From an uncultured delta proteobacterium (GTDB lineage Bacteria; Desulfobacterota; RBG-13-43-22), in assembly GCA_963711835.1 (NCBI GenBank), contig CAVQFQ010000018.1, positions 17,682 through 81,681 on the forward strand: a stretch of DNA of 64,000 nucleotides. The letters are read 5' to 3'. This document shows positions 60,262-64,000 of this stretch, one piece after another. Position 1 is the stretch's first letter. Every line of letters starts with the position of its first letter. Made by a program: the position numbers and the translations under genes. Under the pieces are notes generated by a model, which made no database searches, was not told the DNA's origin, and saw nothing but the letters and a program-made list of their open reading frames with translations.

Positions 60262-61448
60262 ATGATCGGTATTTCCAAACTTTATTTAGGCACCGTCGAA
60301 CCTTCCGATGCCCTTCGGTATGGACGGCATTCCGCCCAACTTCCCTCCCATTTGCTTCAGTTCTCGCAAGACAAAAAACCGGTGGTGGTCTGGAACATGA
60401 CCCGGCAGTGCAACTTGAAGTGCCGCCACTGCTATGCCCAGGCCCAAATTAAAAAGACCAGCAATGAATTGACCACCCAGGAGGGCAAGGCCCTGATCGA
60501 TGACTTAAGCCGCTTCGGGGCCCCGGTCATCCTCTTTTCCGGGGGCGAGCCCATCATGCGCCCGGATCTCCCCGAGTTGGCGGAATATGCCGTGGCCAGG
60601 GGCCTGCGGGCCGTAATTTCAACCAACGGCACCCTGATCACCCGGGAGTTGGCCCGGGTCCTGAAACAGATCGGTCTCTCTTATGTGGGGATCAGCCTGG
60701 ACGGGATGGAGCAGGTCAACGACCGCTTTCGGGGTGTTTCCGGGGCCTTTGACCAGGCCCTGAAAGGGATTCGCAACTGTCAGGAGGCCGGGCATCAAGG
60801 TGGGTCTGCGGTTTCACCATCAACCGGATGAATGCCGACCAGGTGGAGCCGATTTTTGACCTGCTTGAAAAAGAGGGTATTCCCCGAGTCTGTTTCTATC
60901 ATCTGGTTTATGCCGGACGGGGTTCCGAGTTGATCGAAGAAGACCTTGACCATGACCAGACCCGGCGGCTGGTCGACCTGATCATCGACCGGACCAAGGC
61001 CTTATCGGATGCCGGCCAGGAAAAAGAAGTCCTGACTGTGGATAACCATGCCGATGGACCTTATATCTATTTGCGGCTTCTTAAGGAAGGGTCTCCCCGG
61101 GCTTCGGAGGTCCTGGAACTTTTGAAAATGAACGAAGGAAACAGCTCGGGGCGGGGCATCGGTTGTATCAGTTGGGACGGCCAGGTCCATGCCGATCAAT
61201 TTTGGCGTCATTATTCCTTCGGGAATATACGGCAACGGCCCTTCAGCGCGATCTGGCAGGATACCTCCAACCCCCTCATGGCCCAATTAAAAGAAAAGAT
61301 GAAACACGTTAAAGGCCGCTGCGCCGCCTGCCGCTGGTTGGACATCTGCGCCGGCAATTTCAGGGTCCGGTCCGAAGCCAAGACCGGGGATCTCTGGGCC
61401 CCGGACCCGGCCTGCTACCTCACCGACGAAGAGATCGGTTTGGCCTAA
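60262..61448 (+). CDS. ahbC: 12,18-didecarboxysiroheme deacetylase (NirJ1), split by apparent frameshifts at ~60790-60815
   Basis: MIGISKLY..DALRYG..LPSHLLQFS.DKKPVVVWNMTRQCNLKCRHCY; C-half YHLVYAGRG, LTVDNHADG, DPACYL. Confidence 0.9.
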
Positions 61449-61657
61449 GGGGCTTCCTAAAAATATTCATCTTTCCGCCGGGGTCAGCCTCGGGGGGGCA
61501 CTGATCCCTCACCTGTTTGGGACAGATGCCCTGGCATATGAATGTATCCGGGCGAGTATGCCCCGCCTTATCTTAACAGTTCAACTAATCCAAGAACGCC
61601 CCCATCATACAATTGATTTTGATGTTTCTCGCGTGTTTCACCCACTACTATTCAGAA

Positions 61658-61858
61658 TCAAAGCGCTAATAATTTATCGATCACCAATAGAAATGTGCGA
61701 TAGAAACTTCCCGAATTCAACGACCGGTTTCTTGTGCCAGGGGTGTATAAATGTTGTCGTTTTGAAGAGAAAGCCAATAAGTATACACGGCAGCAGTCTT
61801 CGCACTTGATTCTGGCAATGTCGGTGAGGAGGTTGTCGCAATCCAAATACCGCTCCAT
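61658..61858 (-). pseudogene. Remnant of an IS91-family transposase Zn-binding domain
   Basis: ERYLDC...ARIKCEDC....LLAFSSKRQH is a degenerate form of YL.CG....GFARV.C..C....LAFSCK.R.FC. Confidence 0.6.
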
Positions 61859-61904
61859 AAGTAAATTAATAGGTCGTTTCGAATATAAAACTGAAAAGGT
61901 TTTC

Positions 61905-62235
61905 CTATCTTATCCCTATGGACTTACTCAGCAGAGTAAGAAGGGATTCAATTTTCAGGTTATGATTTGGTCCCTCCGGTCCTAAGACCATCAGACAGCC
62001 GGGACAATAAAGGCTCATGATATCGGCACCGGTATCTTTGGCCTGTTTAAGCCTGCCATCCCGGAAATCCAGCCCCGGCTTTACCGATCCACCGATAGCA
62101 TAGGCCAGGCAACACCAGGCTGCTTCTCCCCTATTTTCCATTTTGATCATCTTAATGCCCGGTATGGCCTTTACTATCTCTCTGGGGGATTCCGAGCCGG
62201 GTTTTACTCCGCGGACAGAGTGGCAGGGGTCATAA
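61905..62235 (-). pseudogene. C-terminal CCG-domain fragment of an Fe-S oxidoreductase (HdrD/GlpC-like)
   Basis: YDPCH..R, AWCC, AKDTGAD....CPGC; no credible N-terminus. Confidence 0.65.
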
Positions 62236-62368
62236 ATTACCAAAAAAAGAAACCTCCTGGTAAGAAAAAAAGTAAGCACCACCAAACTCAAACTCTTAAA
62301 CAGGAAGTTTCCAATGAACGAAACAGATCGTATCAGACTGGAGGAGTTTCGTCAACTCAAGAAAGAAC

Positions 62369-62769
62369 TTATGGATTTGCTTTAGATTGGGATTTATATT
62401 GGTTAACAGTAAGGGCTGTCTTTATTTCAAATAATAAATCCACTGAATTAAATGGCTTGGTAATAAAACAATCTGCTCCTTCTTTTAACCCTTTAGATAA
62501 ATCCTGCTCTCGGGCTAATGCCGTCAACATAATCACCGGCATATCTTTGGTAATTTGATTTTCTTTTAAACGTTTACACAACTCAAAGCCATTGATTTTC
62601 GGCATAAGAATATCAAGGATAATCAGGTCGGGCATTTCTTCTTGCGCTTTTTTTAGCCACTTTCCCCATTCGATGCACTAATTACATCGTAGCCACTGCT
62701 TTTCAATCTAATACTTAAAAATTCTACAAAGTCCGGCTCATCATCCACTACTAATATCTTTTTCTTCAT
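62369..62769 (-). pseudogene. Single-domain response regulator, frameshifted (~62655)
   Basis: MKKKILVVDDEPDF...ASNGESG, then shifted frame PDLIILDILMP...MLTA...TKPF. Confidence 0.78.
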
Positions 62770-62829
62770 CGGGGTTCTCCTTCCCTCTTTAAACTGAAAA
62801 CCCGGCTGGTTATTCGCCAAGCACTTCTT

Positions 62830-63177
62830 TTATTTTAGCCACAAGTTCGACCGTGCTCGCAGTCTTGACAAAATATCCGGAATATGGAACTCTTCTGCCG
62901 CTTCTTTTGTTTCCTTATCCCCTCTTGCCGTAAGTACTATTACGGGTATAGTGAATGTTTTGAGGTGTGCTCTTATATTCTTCAATGCTTCCAATCCGCC
63001 GCCTGCAGGCATCATGATATCCAAAAGTATTAGATCCGGTATTAATTTGATTGCCTGTGCCGTAGCTTGTACGGTATCGAATGCCCCTTCTATCTGATAG
63101 CCTTCGTGTCCTAACCTTATGGCCAGCATCTTTACCCAATCCTTTTCATCATCTACGATTAATATTCTTTTCCCCAT
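62830..63177 (-). CDS. Response regulator receiver, C-terminus probably degenerate
   Basis: ILIVDDE, PDLILLDIMMP, VLTAR; the KP motif is missing. Confidence 0.78.
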   Translation of the reverse strand: MGKRILIVDDEKDWVKMLAIRLGHEGYQIEGAFDTVQATAQAIKLIPDLILLDIMMPAGGGLEALKNIRAHLKTFTIPVIVLTARGDKETKEAAEEFHIPDILSRLRARSNLWLK

Positions 63178-63520
63178 AACTCTTTAGGCGCTTCTTAGCT
63201 ATTTTAATTAATTCTTCACCATTTTTAGCTTCATCCGGATAAACCGCAGAACCAAACCTTAATTTAATCTCTTTAGGTACTTTCTCATTGGTTAAATACT
63301 TTTCCAATGCTTCCCTTAACTTATTTTCTACACTCAAAGCACCTTTTTTATCACAGCCGGGCAAAATAATCATCATCTCGCCGGAATCCAAATAGAACAC
63401 AGCATTCCCATGGCGTATGCTACTCTTGATAATCGCCTTCATATTCTTTAAAATAGCATCTATTTTCTCATCTGAGAACTCCTGTTTTAATTGATTAAAC
63501 TCAAGAATAGGAGATAACAA
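63149..63520 (-). pseudogene. Degenerate GGDEF-like domain (probable C-terminus of the upstream kinase)
   Basis: SIRHG..FYLDSGEMMIILP...RFGSAVYPDEA..GEELIKIA; no GGDEF motif. Confidence 0.6.
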
Positions 63521-63567
63521 TTAAATTTATGCGAGCCTTCCGGTCCATGGCCTCTCGTATCCCATTA

Positions 63568-64000
63568 TCAAGTATTCCTTAAGATTCCTTCAGCAGGGTA
63601 TTTAGGCAGAATAAAAACTGACTTTTGCCCTTTGCCAAGTTTACTCTCCACCCGGATTTTGCCTCCATGCAGTTCAATAATTCCTTCGGTAATAGCCAGG
63701 CCCAGGCCTGTGCCTTTTTCTCCCGGGCCGGGCAGGCGGCCAAACTGTTCAAACTTACTGAATACCTTAGGCAGATCTTCCTCATTCATACCTAAACCGG
63801 TATCGGCCACAACGCACTCAATTTCTTTTCTTTTTCTTGCATGAAATTTCTATATAACCCCTATCCGTGAATTTTAAGGCATTTCCTATCAGGTTGGTAA
63901 AAACCTGAATTAGTTTATCCGGATCTACAAAGGCATCTATCTGTTTTTCCGGAACATTGATTTTTAACTCCAAGTTTTTTTCCTTTAGATTCAACTCAAA
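63568..64000 (-). pseudogene. Sensor histidine kinase HATPase domain, partial and frameshifted
   Basis: N-box VFTNLIGNALKFT, frameshift near 63830, then [22 protein letters not shown]. Confidence 0.78.

Overview
Chromosomal segment of an anaerobic Desulfobacterota-like (deltaproteobacterial) genome, inferred from the Ahb heme pathway genes, RicT/PSP1-metG and CIRCE-controlled groESL. From left to right it holds: (1) a lexA - inactive RecA/RadA-like - small helical protein - PolB2-type DNA polymerase cassette; (2) ricT-metG followed by a FabZ-like/GT2/KS/CLF type II PKS-like module; (3) an MFS transporter, a UvrD-like helicase, an AbrB/RelE toxin-antitoxin pair, a deletion scar of a type IIG R-M gene and a tandem-domain Y1 (IS200-like) transposase; (4) ferredoxin, thiF/moeB, Crp/Fnr, hemB-ahbD-ahbA and groES/EL; (5) plsY, parAB with a perfect parS, and amtB with a sigma54 promoter; (6) an AT-richer four-gene module (tandem PilZ + putative GNAT-like protein, V4R/H-NOX-like-GAF-HD-GYP, methyltransferase, B12 radical SAM); (7) the dcw cluster mraZ..ftsZ without ddl, a ClpX-like ATPase, frameshifted ahbC and a decayed AT-rich two-component island. 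Intergenic spaces contain many nested MITE-like elements and GC-rich micro-palindromes. I saw no tRNA, rRNA or CRISPR array. All calls come from motif recognition by eye; no searches were run.
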